A DNA stretch of 64,000 bases from Candidatus Obscuribacteraceae bacterium (GCA_044226015.1 JBGAHS010000001.1:672001-736000); one strand, 5' to 3'; counted from the first letter of the stretch, positions 48,431 to 58,960 are shown. Program-made: numbers and translations. Notes: a model not told the origin generated them from the sequence alone.

Positions 48431-50146
48431 TCAGGAGCTGGCTTCATCCTTGCTGAGTAAGCGAACTCGGCGAATCATGTCTTGACCCACTGAAAGCTGC
48501 CGAATCAAACGGGAAGCGTGAGAGCTGGCTTCTGGAGGATGGAAATCGAATGAATACACGCCTTGCGGCAGGGTGAGAGTGCAACGTCCCTCGTCGGAGG
48601 TGAAAACAGGCATGGCGATTTCTTCGATATGACCAAGGTCTTGAATCGGTTGCTGCACTAGCTCGTAGGCCTCGAAACTTACCTGGCAATTTGGAATCGG
48701 CTCGTCATTTTCGGAGACGACTTCAAAATTAACCAGGCACACGTCTTCGATGAGCAAGTCAGCAGTCACCTTCGCTCCAGCAACGTCGATTAAATGCCCC
48801 GTTGATGCCTGATTGTTCAAAACCAGCCAATATTTGCCTTCGAGCAATCTAAATTCGTATGAACCGTCATCGCCTGTGATACCAACCCAGACCGGACGAC
48901 GTTTTGCCGCCTGGCTGTCGAAGGCACCGTCATTGGTGGCAAAGAGTGAGAGTTGAACACCTGGGCGAGGTTCTTTGGAAGAATCTTGAACAGTGCCTGT
49001 AAGTAGCACTCCTTCCTCCATATCCACATTGTGTTCGGTATCCTGATCAAGAATGATGGTGCCCTTGCATGGCGCCAGATCCATCGAGGCTACTGTTCCT
49101 AGCGAGTCAGGTTGCGCGGCGACCACTACATCATAGGTTCCACCAGGCAACGAGAAGTGGTAATAGCCTTCTTCGTCGCTGTGAGTAATTGAGTCGAGAT
49201 TGTTTACTCCAATTACATTCACCGATGCGTTCGGAACAGCTTTCCCTTTGTGAAGCACTTTTCCGGTCAGTTTATAGCCAGTATCAAGCGAGTAATTTCG
49301 AACTCTGTCGTGGTCAACAAAAATTGCTGAAAGCGACTTCTCGGCCAGGTGCGAATCTTCTGGTGGCAGCAAGCGAATAGAGTAGTTTCCTTCCTGCAAG
49401 AGGCATTCGAAACTTCCATCTTTCACAGTGATTGTATTTACTGTCATTGCAATTTCTCTTGCAAAAACATTTTCTGGACGATCATTGCAGGTGACAATGA
49501 CCTTCACTTCGTCCATCGGGTGCCCTTCTTTGTTAGTTATCTTGCCTTTGAAGCTAATCAGGGAAGGAAGGGTAATGTCGTGCTGGCAGTCTTTGCTCAG
49601 GTCGACAACCTGGAAGAAGGGGCAAAGGAAGGGAACATCGCGCTTCTTTCCTTTAACTACAGGACCGTCATACTCAACATGTTTGAGGGCAAGGTAATAC
49701 TTTCCTCGGGGCAAGCCGAGGCTGAAGTTTCCACTTTCGTCTAGTTTTTGTGTAACGCGAATGACGTGAGGTTCGATTCCAAAAACAAGAAGCTCTGCAT
49801 CTCTGACGCTTTTGCTGTTAGCGTCTCTTACAGTGCCCTGGAGAATAACTCCTGTATTCAAGATGACATCGAAGTTTGTGTTGCTTGTGACTTTTATTGC
49901 TTCTATCGACTGACGAGAAAAGCGTGTGTTTTCGCTTGGAATAATTTCCAGGCAGTAGATGCCTTTGCGAACGTCAAAGCTGAATACACCTTTATTACCA
50001 GTTACTTGTTCGCAAAGAAAGTGTTTGACCAGCGAACCGCTCTGGTGCCAGTAGTCGTAGAGTCTCACTATGGCGTTAGTTACTGGCAAGCCCTGGCTTG
50101 TGACGCTTCCGCCCAAATTGAAAGAAAGCTCTCTGGTGACGACCAT
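48431..50146 (-). CDS. Tandem carboxypeptidase-regulatory-like (prealbumin-fold) domain protein
   Basis: About six units of G.V....G.P...A.V...T...G.F.+.L..G.Y.+, for example LSLPRGKY, LQEGNY, LPGGTY, LLEGKY, LPQGVY. Confidence 0.8.
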   Translation of the reverse strand: MVVTRELSFNLGGSVTSQGLPVTNAIVRLYDYWHQSGSLVKHFLCEQVTGNKGVFSFDVRKGIYCLEIIPSENTRFSRQSIEAIKVTSNTNFDVILNTGVILQGTVRDANSKSVRDAELLVFGIEPHVIRVTQKLDESGNFSLGLPRGKYYLALKHVEYDGPVVKGKKRDVPFLCPFFQVVDLSKDCQHDITLPSLISFKGKITNKEGHPMDEVKVIVTCNDRPENVFAREIAMTVNTITVKDGSFECLLQEGNYSIRLLPPEDSHLAEKSLSAIFVDHDRVRNYSLDTGYKLTGKVLHKGKAVPNASVNVIGVNNLDSITHSDEEGYYHFSLPGGTYDVVVAAQPDSLGTVASMDLAPCKGTIILDQDTEHNVDMEEGVLLTGTVQDSSKEPRPGVQLSLFATNDGAFDSQAAKRRPVWVGITGDDGSYEFRLLEGKYWLVLNNQASTGHLIDVAGAKVTADLLIEDVCLVNFEVVSENDEPIPNCQVSFEAYELVQQPIQDLGHIEEIAMPVFTSDEGRCTLTLPQGVYSFDFHPPEASSHASRLIRQLSVGQDMIRRVRLLSKDEASS

Positions 50147-50229
50147 GAATCCAGCCTCGTTTGGAATTCCAATGCCTCGAATTGTATTATGCTGAGCCTG
50201 AAAGGTTCAAGCCTGCATGTCTTTATGGT

Positions 50230-51615
50230 TTAGATGTTCTTACTTTGACACTGGGCCTCTCGGACAGATTCGAAGCCCAGGTACTTTAGCCCCGCAGCAA
50301 CCGTAGCAAAAGAGCCTGCCCCAATTCTCAAAAGCTCTGGTACCTCACGCTCTGCAGCTTCGAATGCCGCCTGAATATTCTTATATTCAGAAGCTAATGC
50401 CCCCAATTGGCGTGCCTTCTCGATGATCTTGGCAGCCGGTACCACCGGACGCCTGCCGATGGCTTGAGAGGCGTAAACTCGGTCGCCAGGCTGAATGAGC
50501 GCCGATAAAATCTTTTCGAAATGTTTTGACTGATAGAAGGAAAGAATGAATGCTCGGTCTTTGTTTGGAAATAATTCATCAAGTGAGTTACGCAAAGCGG
50601 CAGCGCCGGCTTCATTGTGGGCTCCATCTAGAACCAGATTTTTGTGTTCGAAAAATTGCATGCGTCCAGGCCAGAAGAAAGAGTTCAATGCTCTATCGAA
50701 TTGAGGCAAGACTTCTTTGCCTAGCTTCAGTTCCCATAAACCGAGCAAAACTGCTGCTACCGCTGCATTATGGCGCTGATAGCCTTTTCGATTACTTATT
50801 AGCTCGAATAGGGATATTGTTGTTCCTTCTGAACCTGCTCTCATTATTTGAGCATAGCTTAATGCTCGAAACCGTTCATTCAGAGCATTCATCAGCGTTT
50901 GTTCTTCAGAGCTCGCTGTTCCACTGTGTAATTCGAGTTTTTCGTTGACGATGATGACTGGAGCGTTTTTCTTTCTGGACTCATCAAGAATCACTTCCAG
51001 AGCGCTTCCTGTGCAAGCCGTCACCAGTGGTACGCCGCATTTTATGATGCCCGATTTCTCGCGTGCGATTTCTTCGACTGTTGAGCCAAGTATGTGGGTG
51101 TGGTCGAGGCTTATGCTCACGATGGCTGTGGCTACAGGCGAATGCAAAACTGTGGTGGCATCGAATTGTCCACCTAAGCCGACCTCGAATACACCAACTT
51201 CCACTTCGTTTTTTGCAAAGTGAATAAAGGCGATAGCAGTAATCAGTTCAAACCATGTCAGAATACCGTGCTCAGGATGGCGCTTCCCGAAGCTTTCGGA
51301 GAGCATTCTCAGTTCAGAACATATTTCAGCGAAGTCATCATCGCTGATGGCATTTCCATCAAGCTCAACTCTTTCGTTGTACGAAATCAAATGTGGACCT
51401 GTGTATCTGCCGCATTTTATGCCGGACTGTCGGAATGACTCGGCAAGCATGCAAACAACTGAGCCCTTACCATTTGTGCCTGCAATATGAAGACTGGCGT
51501 AAGAGTCTTGCAAATTTCTCAGTTCTTCCATAAACAGCTCGAAGCGCTCTAAGCCCGGCCGGACAAGCGTTGGCGAGAGGCTGTCTATGTACGCGATTGA
51601 TTCTTCGTGATTCAT
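50230..51615 (-). CDS. folC: Folylpolyglutamate synthase / dihydrofolate synthase
   Basis: HIAGTNGKGS, PHL, FEVGLGG.FDAT, LDHT..LG, EKSGIIK, WPGR, DGAHN. Confidence 0.95.
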   Translation of the reverse strand: MNHEESIAYIDSLSPTLVRPGLERFELFMEELRNLQDSYASLHIAGTNGKGSVVCMLAESFRQSGIKCGRYTGPHLISYNERVELDGNAISDDDFAEICSELRMLSESFGKRHPEHGILTWFELITAIAFIHFAKNEVEVGVFEVGLGGQFDATTVLHSPVATAIVSISLDHTHILGSTVEEIAREKSGIIKCGVPLVTACTGSALEVILDESRKKNAPVIIVNEKLELHSGTASSEEQTLMNALNERFRALSYAQIMRAGSEGTTISLFELISNRKGYQRHNAAVAAVLLGLWELKLGKEVLPQFDRALNSFFWPGRMQFFEHKNLVLDGAHNEAGAAALRNSLDELFPNKDRAFILSFYQSKHFEKILSALIQPGDRVYASQAIGRRPVVPAAKIIEKARQLGALASEYKNIQAAFEAAEREVPELLRIGAGSFATVAAGLKYLGFESVREAQCQSKNI

Positions 51616-51664
51616 ATTGCTTTGGTCGAATTATATAATGAAGAGCCCCTGAGGAGATTTCGGT

Positions 51665-52201
51665 TTGGCACTCTATACACGGAAGCATCTTGTCGCTTCA
51701 GAGAGAATTTTTGAAGGCAGCATTTTCAACGTGCGCAAGGACACTTTGCGGCTCAGTGAGAACGCTAAGGACCTCACCCGGGAAGTTGTTGAACACAATG
51801 GCGGCGTTGTTATTGCTTGTCAACCAGAGCCTGGAAAAGTAATTTTGATTAAGCAATATCGCTATCCAATTGATGAAGAGCTCTACGAATTGCCAGCAGG
51901 CAGAGTTGAACTTGGAGAGGACCGTTTCATTGCGGCAAAGCGTGAATTGACAGAAGAGACTGGCTACATCGCCGCCAAGTGGAATGAGCTGGGGCACATG
52001 TATTCCGCGCCTGGCTTCTGTTCTGAGCTACTTTCCTTTTATCATGCTACTCAATTGGCCTGGAGTGGCAAAGACCTGGATGAGGATGAGGAAACCGACG
52101 TGCATGTAGTCGAGCTCGAAGAAGCCTGGTCCTGGGTTCGCACAGGTAAGATTCGTGATTGCAAGACCGTTGCTGGTTTAGGAATGCTATTACACCCGTA
52201 G
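51665..52201 (+). CDS. Nudix hydrolase, ADP-ribose pyrophosphatase-like
   Basis: REVVEH, KQYRYP, Nudix box GRVELGEDRFIAAKRELTEETGY, SAPGF, LDEDE. Confidence 0.92.
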   Translation: MALYTRKHLVASERIFEGSIFNVRKDTLRLSENAKDLTREVVEHNGGVVIACQPEPGKVILIKQYRYPIDEELYELPAGRVELGEDRFIAAKRELTEETGYIAAKWNELGHMYSAPGFCSELLSFYHATQLAWSGKDLDEDEETDVHVVELEEAWSWVRTGKIRDCKTVAGLGMLLHP

Positions 52202-52316
52202 TCTTGACATCGACAGATAACGATCTGTTAAAGCGCTGTGACAGAGCGGTTTGGATCGAAGCACCCTGAAAAAGGTCTGCTATACTTTCCCATGTTCAAT
52301 CTGAAGAGGCGTCAAA

Positions 52317-52568
52317 ATGGGCAAAAAGGAATCCAACTCCGAAATGAGCTTACCAGTTCTGGGAATGCTGATTGTTGCACCACTGGGAGCTATTGTAGTC
52401 GGTGCTCAGATGGAAGTTGTTAAGGTCTGGCCTTTGCCAGTGTCAATCGCTCCATACTTCGGTGCTGAAGTTGGCGTCTGGTGGGGATTGATTGTAGGTG
52501 CTCTCGTAGGACTGTTTGTTGGCTACATTGCTGATGAAAGGCACTACGACGACACAGTTTACAAATAA
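52317..52568 (+). CDS. Small two-TM membrane protein
   Basis: GAGG RBS, two Gly-rich hydrophobic helices, terminator downstream. Confidence 0.75.
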   Translation: MGKKESNSEMSLPVLGMLIVAPLGAIVVGAQMEVVKVWPLPVSIAPYFGAEVGVWWGLIVGALVGLFVGYIADERHYDDTVYK

Positions 52569-52595
52569 GCAGCTGTATCAAAAACATTGAAAATC

Positions 52596-52630
52596 AGGGC
52601 ACAAAGACTGTTCTTTGTGCCTTTTAGTTT
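52596..52630 (+). terminator. Intrinsic terminator
   Basis: GGCACAAAGA-CTGT-TCTTTGTGCC followed by TTTTAGTTT. Confidence 0.75.
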
Positions 52631-52793
52631 GTTGTTCCTTTTAAACATTATTTGTGGAATTTCGTGCCAGCTGTCTGATTTAAGAAGCGTCCGACGCGCT
52701 AATATATGCAGATTGCATTGCTAAGCACTGTTTTCAAGCAGCTGCGTTTGCGTGTGTATTCGGTTCAGTTTCGGTTTTACCGGAGGACAAGGA

Positions 52794-54605
52794 ATGAAAG
52801 TGGCGGATAAAGGTGCGGCTGATCTTAAAGAAGGCGTGTTCAGAGCGTCAGGCAGTTCCACCCGCGTGCCAGGCGGCGTGCGGAAGGAAGTTATCAAAAA
52901 GTATCCGGTAAAAGCTAATCTCGAAGATTACGATGCAACTTATGCAAGCTTTTCTTGGGACGATGCGAAGAAAGACATAAGCTGGTTTGCAGATGGCAAA
53001 ATCAACGCCGCTTTCAACGCATGTGATCGCCACATGAATGACGGACGTAGAAACAAAGTTGCTCTTTATTCGGTTGATGCAAACAACCATATGGAGACAT
53101 TTACTTTCCAGGACATCTACTATCTTTCAAATCGTCTTGGGAATGCTTTGAAAAATCTGGGAGTTGTTAAAGGCGACCGAGTATTCATCTTTATGCCTAG
53201 AGTTCCAGAACTCTACATCTCGACGATGGCAATCGCAAAAATCGGCGCGGTAATTGGACCACTATTTTCCGCTTTCGGACCTGACGCGCTGCGCGACAGA
53301 TTGCAGGACAGTGGCGCCAAGATTGTAATTACGACAGAAGATCTCAAGCCAAAACTTGATGAGATTCGCGATCAGTTGCAAGACCTGGAATACGTTATTG
53401 TGGTGCGCAACGAAGGCGAGTTGAAACCGGGAGACCTTTCTTTTGAAGAGTTGATGGTCAACTCTTCAGAGCATCTTGCTCCGACTCACGTAAGCCCTGA
53501 AGACCCTCTCTATTTGCTCTACACTTCAGGAACGACAGGAAAAGCAAAAGGCATTTTGCACGTTCATAATGATATTGTCGGTCTGCATGCAACTACTAAG
53601 TGGGTCTTGGATCTTAGAGAAGATGATGTGTACTGGTGCACCGCAGACCCTGGTTGGGTCACTGGCACCGCATATGGTATCTTCGGACCATGGTCTAATG
53701 GTGCCTCTGTGGTGGCGTATGAAGGTCGCTTCGATGCGGCTGGCTGGTATCAATTGATCGACAGATTAAAGGTCACCGTTTGGTACACTGCACCTACTGC
53801 CCTTCGCATGCTCATGAAAGCAGGCGATGATGAAGTGCATAGACATTCACTTGAAAGTTTGCGTCACATCTTGAGCGTGGGCGAGCCATTGAATCCTGAA
53901 GTTATTCGATGGGCATACAAACTTTATGGATTGCCCGTGCACGACAACTGGTGGCAAACTGAAACAGGCATGCAGCTTGTTTCCAACCTTCCTTGTTTGC
54001 CGATTAAGCCAGGCTCGATGGGCAAGCCCCTGCCAGGCGTTCATGTGACAGTTGTAGATGATGACGGCAACGAACTTGCTCCTGGACAGCTAGGAAGACT
54101 GGTTGTGCGTCCAGGCTGGCCATCTATGCTTCGTCAAGTTTGGAGAAACGAAGAGAAGTTCAAAGAGTATTTCAAGATTGATGGATGGTACTTCAGTGGC
54201 GACAATGCTTGGCGTGACGAAGATGGCTATCTCTGGTTTGTTGGACGTGCTGACGATGTAATCAATACAGCAGGACACAGAGTCGGACCATTTGAAGTCG
54301 AGTCAGCGCTAGTTGAGCACGAAGCGGTAGCTGAGGCAGGCGTAATCGGCAAGCCAGATGAAGAGCGCGGCGAAATCATCAAAGCGTTTATCGTACTTGC
54401 AAATGGCGTACAAAACTCGCCAAAGCTTCTTGAAGAGGTCAGAGACTTCACAAAGAGAAGGCTTGCAGCACACGCTTACCCGCGTGAAATCGAAGTTCGT
54501 GATAGTTTGCCAAAAACTAGAAGCGGCAAAATCATGCGTCGCTTGCTGAAAGCATGGGAGCTTGGTCTTCCTGTTGGTGACACGTCTTCACTCGATGAAG
54601 AATAG
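52794..54605 (+). CDS. acsA: Acetate--CoA ligase
   Basis: YTSGTTGKAKG, WCTADPGWVTG, SVGEPLNP, DNWWQTETG, GRADDV, LPKTRSGKIMRR. Start moved to the ATG at 52794, behind GGAGG. Confidence 0.93.
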   Translation: MKVADKGAADLKEGVFRASGSSTRVPGGVRKEVIKKYPVKANLEDYDATYASFSWDDAKKDISWFADGKINAAFNACDRHMNDGRRNKVALYSVDANNHMETFTFQDIYYLSNRLGNALKNLGVVKGDRVFIFMPRVPELYISTMAIAKIGAVIGPLFSAFGPDALRDRLQDSGAKIVITTEDLKPKLDEIRDQLQDLEYVIVVRNEGELKPGDLSFEELMVNSSEHLAPTHVSPEDPLYLLYTSGTTGKAKGILHVHNDIVGLHATTKWVLDLREDDVYWCTADPGWVTGTAYGIFGPWSNGASVVAYEGRFDAAGWYQLIDRLKVTVWYTAPTALRMLMKAGDDEVHRHSLESLRHILSVGEPLNPEVIRWAYKLYGLPVHDNWWQTETGMQLVSNLPCLPIKPGSMGKPLPGVHVTVVDDDGNELAPGQLGRLVVRPGWPSMLRQVWRNEEKFKEYFKIDGWYFSGDNAWRDEDGYLWFVGRADDVINTAGHRVGPFEVESALVEHEAVAEAGVIGKPDEERGEIIKAFIVLANGVQNSPKLLEEVRDFTKRRLAAHAYPREIEVRDSLPKTRSGKIMRRLLKAWELGLPVGDTSSLDEE

Positions 54606-54624
54606 TTAGAGAGGAAGCATCAAA

Positions 54625-54882
54625 ATGGAAAGTGATAACAAAAGAGATTTGATGGCTGCGATCATCATTTCTGGAGTTATGGTCGACAAAGTAAGATGGC
54701 TTGGCGAACACAAGCGCAGTGGTTCTACAGAACGTTTGGAAGGGCTGTTAGATGATTCCTTCCGCGATCTGATTTGCGGCTCTTACATACTTGTCGATGA
54801 AATGCTCAAGCGCCGTGAGGTGCCGGCTCCGAGAATTGAGAAGAAACTCACTTCGGCACCAGACCCAACCGGCAAATCCTAA
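54625..54882 (+). CDS. Small hypothetical protein
   Basis: GAGAGG RBS, 19 bp after acsA, terminator downstream. Confidence 0.65.
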   Translation: MESDNKRDLMAAIIISGVMVDKVRWLGEHKRSGSTERLEGLLDDSFRDLICGSYILVDEMLKRREVPAPRIEKKLTSAPDPTGKS

Positions 54883-54961
54883 ACGAGTTCAAAGGGCACC
54901 AAGGGATAAATCCATCCGGGTTTTGAAGCTTGGAAGCTCTATTGCAACGACAACACAATTG

Positions 54962-54991
54962 CGGCTCGTCAACAATGACGAGCCGTTTTTT
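54962..54991 (+). terminator. Intrinsic terminator
   Basis: CGGCTCGTCA-ACAA-TGACGAGCCG followed by T6. Confidence 0.8.
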
Positions 54992-55176
54992 CTTGCCTGT
55001 GAGCGCCAGCTCAATGACGAGCCGTTTTTTATTGCCTGTGAGCGCCAGCTTAGGATCGGGGGGTGCCACCCTCGGAAAGGGGGGTGCCAGCTTCGGATCG
55101 GGGGGTGCCAGCTTCGGATCGGGGGGTGCCAGCTTCGGATCGTGGAGCAGCAGCTTCGGATTGGGAGCGCTGCTAT
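54973..55176. repeat. Compound intergenic tandem repeat: 2 x 39 bp followed by about 6 x 21 bp
   Basis: CAATGACGAGCCGTTTTTT[CA]TTGCCTGTGAGCGCCAGCT x2 (54973-55050), then TCGGATCGGGGGGTGCCAGCT-like units (55051-55176). Confidence 0.9.
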
Positions 55177-55193
55177 CCTGCCAGCTTCTGAGG

Positions 55194-57353
55194 CTATTTA
55201 TCGGTTTCGGTCGGCGTGTTCTCGGCGTCTGCTGTTGGCTCGGTAATAGACGAAGGACCTGCTTCTGCTTCAAGAAGCGCCGTGCTATCTGCTGGTGATT
55301 TGCCCGTTGCTACCTTGTAGAGAATAATTCCCATAAGAGCATAGAATCCCACTCCCAAGAGTTGATAGCCATCTTCACCGAGCGCACGTATAAGTGGCTT
55401 TTCCATACTTATTTTTTCAAGGAAAGAGTAGATCTCCGGCGGTATTGATAGTAGTGCCACAACGACTCCTGCTAAGGCTCCGCCCGCAACCAGTCCTGTG
55501 GCGAACAAGCTGCCTGCTCCCAGCTCATCATCAGCGTGACTGTGTGCTGCATTCGTTTTCTTTGTGCGCATATCGACTATCTTCCTGACGCATCCGCCAA
55601 CAAATATAGGCAGAGTTGTTGAAATAGGGAGGTATGCGCCTACTGCAAAGTTCAATGAATTCACGCCGCAAAGTTCCATTGTCATTGACAGGCAAACGCC
55701 AATCAATACGAAGTTCCAGTCAAGATTAAACGACAACATCCCTTTAATTAGTGTCGCCATTAGAGTGCCTTGTGGCGCGGGGAATTTGTCACTTCCTATG
55801 GCATGCTGAATGCCTGCTGCCACCATATCTGGTGAAGGATGATCGAGAAGCTTTACTGTAAGTCCTATTATTACTGATGAGATTATGGCGCCAATAAACA
55901 AACAAATTTGCTGATATTTTGGTGTGGCGCCAACTATATAACCCGTCTTCAAGTCTTGTGATGTGGCACCGCCGTTTGCTGCAGCAATACATACTATTCC
56001 TCCAACAGCGAGCACCATTGGTTCACAAAGCTTTCCTGTTAAACCAAATGCAATAAATACCAGTGATGTTGCCATCAGAGTCGCAATTGTCATGCCAGAA
56101 ACTGGGTTTGAGCTCGAACCGATCAGTCCAACAATTCTGCTTGATACTGTCACAAAGAAGAAGCCAAAAATAACAACCAGAATCCCAATGAGACCCTTTT
56201 GAAGGAAACTTTCTCCAGGAATTTGGGGAAGAATAGCGATCAGTGCCATCAACGCAAGTGAGCCGTAGAGGACAGTATTCATCGATAAGTCGTTTTCCGT
56301 GCGAGAGCGTTCTACGACAGTTCCATCCGGCGCTTTCTTGAATAAAGCTAAATTCTCTTTGAAAGAACTAACGATTGTAGGAATCGTTTTAAGCAGAGTC
56401 ATGAAGCCGCCAGCAGCTACTGCACCAGCACCGATCTGGCGAATGTAAGCCTTGTAGACTGCGTCCGCGGTGTTGGCGAACGTGTGGCTATCTGGTTGCC
56501 ATCCGCCTGGTCCTCCTGCTGTGCTCAAATCTGCAAGATATCCTAATTTGACTAGCTGTGCTGCTATCGTATCCATCGGTACAAGACCAGCAAGTAGAGG
56601 TATCATTCCGAGCCAGGCTAGTACGCCTCCAGCGACCAGAATTCCAGCTATGCGGAAGCCGATGATGTAACCTACGCCCATGTATTCTGGTGTGATTTCA
56701 CCACTTACGGTGGCAGACGGGAGAAACTTGTTGGCTTGAGCAGTCACATACTTAGGTGATTCCGCGATAACCCTGAAAACGTGTTGCAATGCGGCGTAGA
56801 GCACCGCGAATCCAAGTCCCTGGTAGGCTGTCTTTGCAAATTCTCCACCCTTGTCACCCGCAATTAGAACTGAGCCACAAGCCGTTCCCTCGGGATATGG
56901 AAGATTGCCGTGCTCTTTGACAATCAATGATCTGCGCAGCGGAATCATCATTAGAGTTCCGAGCAATCCACCCAAAACTGCTAAAGTGAATATTGTCCAA
57001 TATTCGAAATAATGAGCGCCCACACTCTGCCCATTGTCTATTGAAAGGAAGAGAAAGCCCGGTAGTGTGAAAACTACACCTGACGCAATCGACTCTCCGG
57101 CCGATGCCGTGGTTTGGATGATGTTGTTTTCAAGAATTGTTGTTTTTAAGAAGCGCTGACCAATTGAAATTGCCAACACCGCAACTGGAATTGATGCAGA
57201 AACAGTCAATCCTGCTTTCAGCGCGAGATAGACGGTCGCTGCTCCGAAGAGGAGACCGAACATTCCGCCAAGAATTATCGAAAGCGGCGTGAACTCCTTC
57301 ATTTTTGATTCCGGAGCTATGTATGGTTTGAAGTCAAGATTGCTTTCTGTCAT
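55194..57353 (-). CDS. OPT-family oligopeptide transporter
   Basis: YLALKAGLTVSASIP, ENNIIQT, LPYPEGTAC, SSNPVSGMTIAT, SQDLKTG, PAPQGTLM. Confidence 0.95.
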   Translation of the reverse strand: MTESNLDFKPYIAPESKMKEFTPLSIILGGMFGLLFGAATVYLALKAGLTVSASIPVAVLAISIGQRFLKTTILENNIIQTTASAGESIASGVVFTLPGFLFLSIDNGQSVGAHYFEYWTIFTLAVLGGLLGTLMMIPLRRSLIVKEHGNLPYPEGTACGSVLIAGDKGGEFAKTAYQGLGFAVLYAALQHVFRVIAESPKYVTAQANKFLPSATVSGEITPEYMGVGYIIGFRIAGILVAGGVLAWLGMIPLLAGLVPMDTIAAQLVKLGYLADLSTAGGPGGWQPDSHTFANTADAVYKAYIRQIGAGAVAAGGFMTLLKTIPTIVSSFKENLALFKKAPDGTVVERSRTENDLSMNTVLYGSLALMALIAILPQIPGESFLQKGLIGILVVIFGFFFVTVSSRIVGLIGSSSNPVSGMTIATLMATSLVFIAFGLTGKLCEPMVLAVGGIVCIAAANGGATSQDLKTGYIVGATPKYQQICLFIGAIISSVIIGLTVKLLDHPSPDMVAAGIQHAIGSDKFPAPQGTLMATLIKGMLSFNLDWNFVLIGVCLSMTMELCGVNSLNFAVGAYLPISTTLPIFVGGCVRKIVDMRTKKTNAAHSHADDELGAGSLFATGLVAGGALAGVVVALLSIPPEIYSFLEKISMEKPLIRALGEDGYQLLGVGFYALMGIILYKVATGKSPADSTALLEAEAGPSSITEPTADAENTPTETDK

Positions 57354-57496
57354 TTGAAAATCGCCCGAAGAATAGGCGTTTGATCATACCATCGGCAGTC
57401 TCTTAAGTGCTAAGCTGGTACTGTGTTATGAGCCCTCAGGATCTGACATAAAAAATAATCTGAGGCGATTGCTAAGTTCTCAATTGGATAATCACT

Positions 57497-58960
57497 ATGC
57501 TTTCTATTGTTGAAACGAGCGTTAGAAGAACAATCCTTTTTTTCATCACCACAGTTTGTTTGTTGTTCACTACTTTTACCTCAACTCCTGCTATGCCAGA
57601 TCAAAACGAACAGAGCAAGATAGAAGCAGAACTAAAAAAGGTTCTATCTAACTCCTGGAAAATAAGCGGCGTAAATTCTGGCGTCACGCCAGCTGACTGG
57701 TGGACAGATTCTCCCAATTCTGGGGTGTGCTTTGATTTGAGCAATGGTAAAGAACAGGCAAAAATCTATTTCTTGCCGCTTGATTGGATTGGCATCCGCA
57801 AAAAGCAAAATGCAAAATCGACTCACTACACCGAAGGTGTCTTGTGCGGTGAAAAATACAAATTAATCGCGGACAATGCAGATCAGAAGCTTGTGGACGC
57901 TCTCTATAATCTCTTCAACCGCAGCTTCAGCACTCCTTCGCTGGTAAATTCCGGGTTCACGCGGTCGCAGCAGATTTTTAAAGGAAAAGAAACAGCCGCC
58001 GAAAAGAAAGCTGAGCAGTTGGTGAAAGAGCATTGCAAGACTCCCGACGAATTGGATGAAGCGGCGCATTCGCTAGTGGTTCTCGGGGTTCCAGCAAGGT
58101 CAGTTTTTGTGCGAGCTGTACACGAAACTAAAAATGATCGCACTTTCTTGATTTCCAGTTTAGGTTATTTTGATGATAAGACATGCGTTGACGCTTTGTG
58201 TAAGGTCTTGTTGAATCCAGGTTTTTCAGACCATGAGCGCTACTATGCAACAATGGCGCTGCGCTCACACTACGATGAGTCGATTTACGCAGCGCTGTCG
58301 AAGGCAATAAAGTCCTGCAACGATTCCGAAGCGCTTTCGGGAATCTTGAAGGAACTTTCTAAATTCAGAAACCCTGCAGTCTGTGCGGACGTTATGGCTG
58401 CGTACAAGCGCATGAGCAACAAGTATTATCAACAGACTGCGATTCAAACTATGGCTGCTTGTAATTGCAAGGAAGCTATTCCCATGTTGCAAGAAATTGT
58501 AGATAAAAATAAGGCTGAGTCTGCTAAACAAAACAAGAGTACTGAACCGCAAGTTCGTGTGGCATCGGTCAGTGCGATGCCCGGAGGTATTCCCTTTCAG
58601 GCTGCAGAGCTTGCGCTTCTTCGCTTGAATGCAGATTGGGGAAAAAGTGGCAAACAGCTGCGCCTATTTTTGTTGCCACCTGATGATGCGCAGATAGGCA
58701 AGAAAATGACACTGACCATTTATGTCGAGAACATAGGCAAAGCTGAGCTTCCATCGTGGAGTTATCCCGTTGGGCTAAAGCTCGACGGAAAGCCAATAAA
58801 CATAATGGATGAGGGCGGGCGTTCTTACAAGATAGCACCAGGTGCGGTGCACGCTATTTATTGGGACTTATCGAAAGATGTTAGAAGCAAGGGTCAACAT
58901 AAGCTTGAATATTCCATTGATGACGCAGTCGCAAAGCCTGCTACATTCAGTGTGAAATAG
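57497..58960 (+). CDS. Secreted HEAT-repeat protein with a C-terminal Ig-like domain
   Basis: Signal peptide, HEAT-like helices (CVDALCKVL..RYYATMAL, AIPMLQEI), terminal LTIYVENIG...GQHKLEY. Confidence 0.65.
   Translation: MLSIVETSVRRTILFFITTVCLLFTTFTSTPAMPDQNEQSKIEAELKKVLSNSWKISGVNSGVTPADWWTDSPNSGVCFDLSNGKEQAKIYFLPLDWIGIRKKQNAKSTHYTEGVLCGEKYKLIADNADQKLVDALYNLFNRSFSTPSLVNSGFTRSQQIFKGKETAAEKKAEQLVKEHCKTPDELDEAAHSLVVLGVPARSVFVRAVHETKNDRTFLISSLGYFDDKTCVDALCKVLLNPGFSDHERYYATMALRSHYDESIYAALSKAIKSCNDSEALSGILKELSKFRNPAVCADVMAAYKRMSNKYYQQTAIQTMAACNCKEAIPMLQEIVDKNKAESAKQNKSTEPQVRVASVSAMPGGIPFQAAELALLRLNADWGKSGKQLRLFLLPPDDAQIGKKMTLTIYVENIGKAELPSWSYPVGLKLDGKPINIMDEGGRSYKIAPGAVHAIYWDLSKDVRSKGQHKLEYSIDDAVAKPATFSVK

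Noticed and set aside
54973..55176. CRISPR array
   Set aside because: Units are head-to-tail with no unique spacers, and there are no cas genes in the window.
54791..55298. Track ORFs 54791-55246, 54848-55273 and 54930-55298
   Set aside because: They are open only because the repeat units are multiples of 3. They cross a terminator and overlap real genes.
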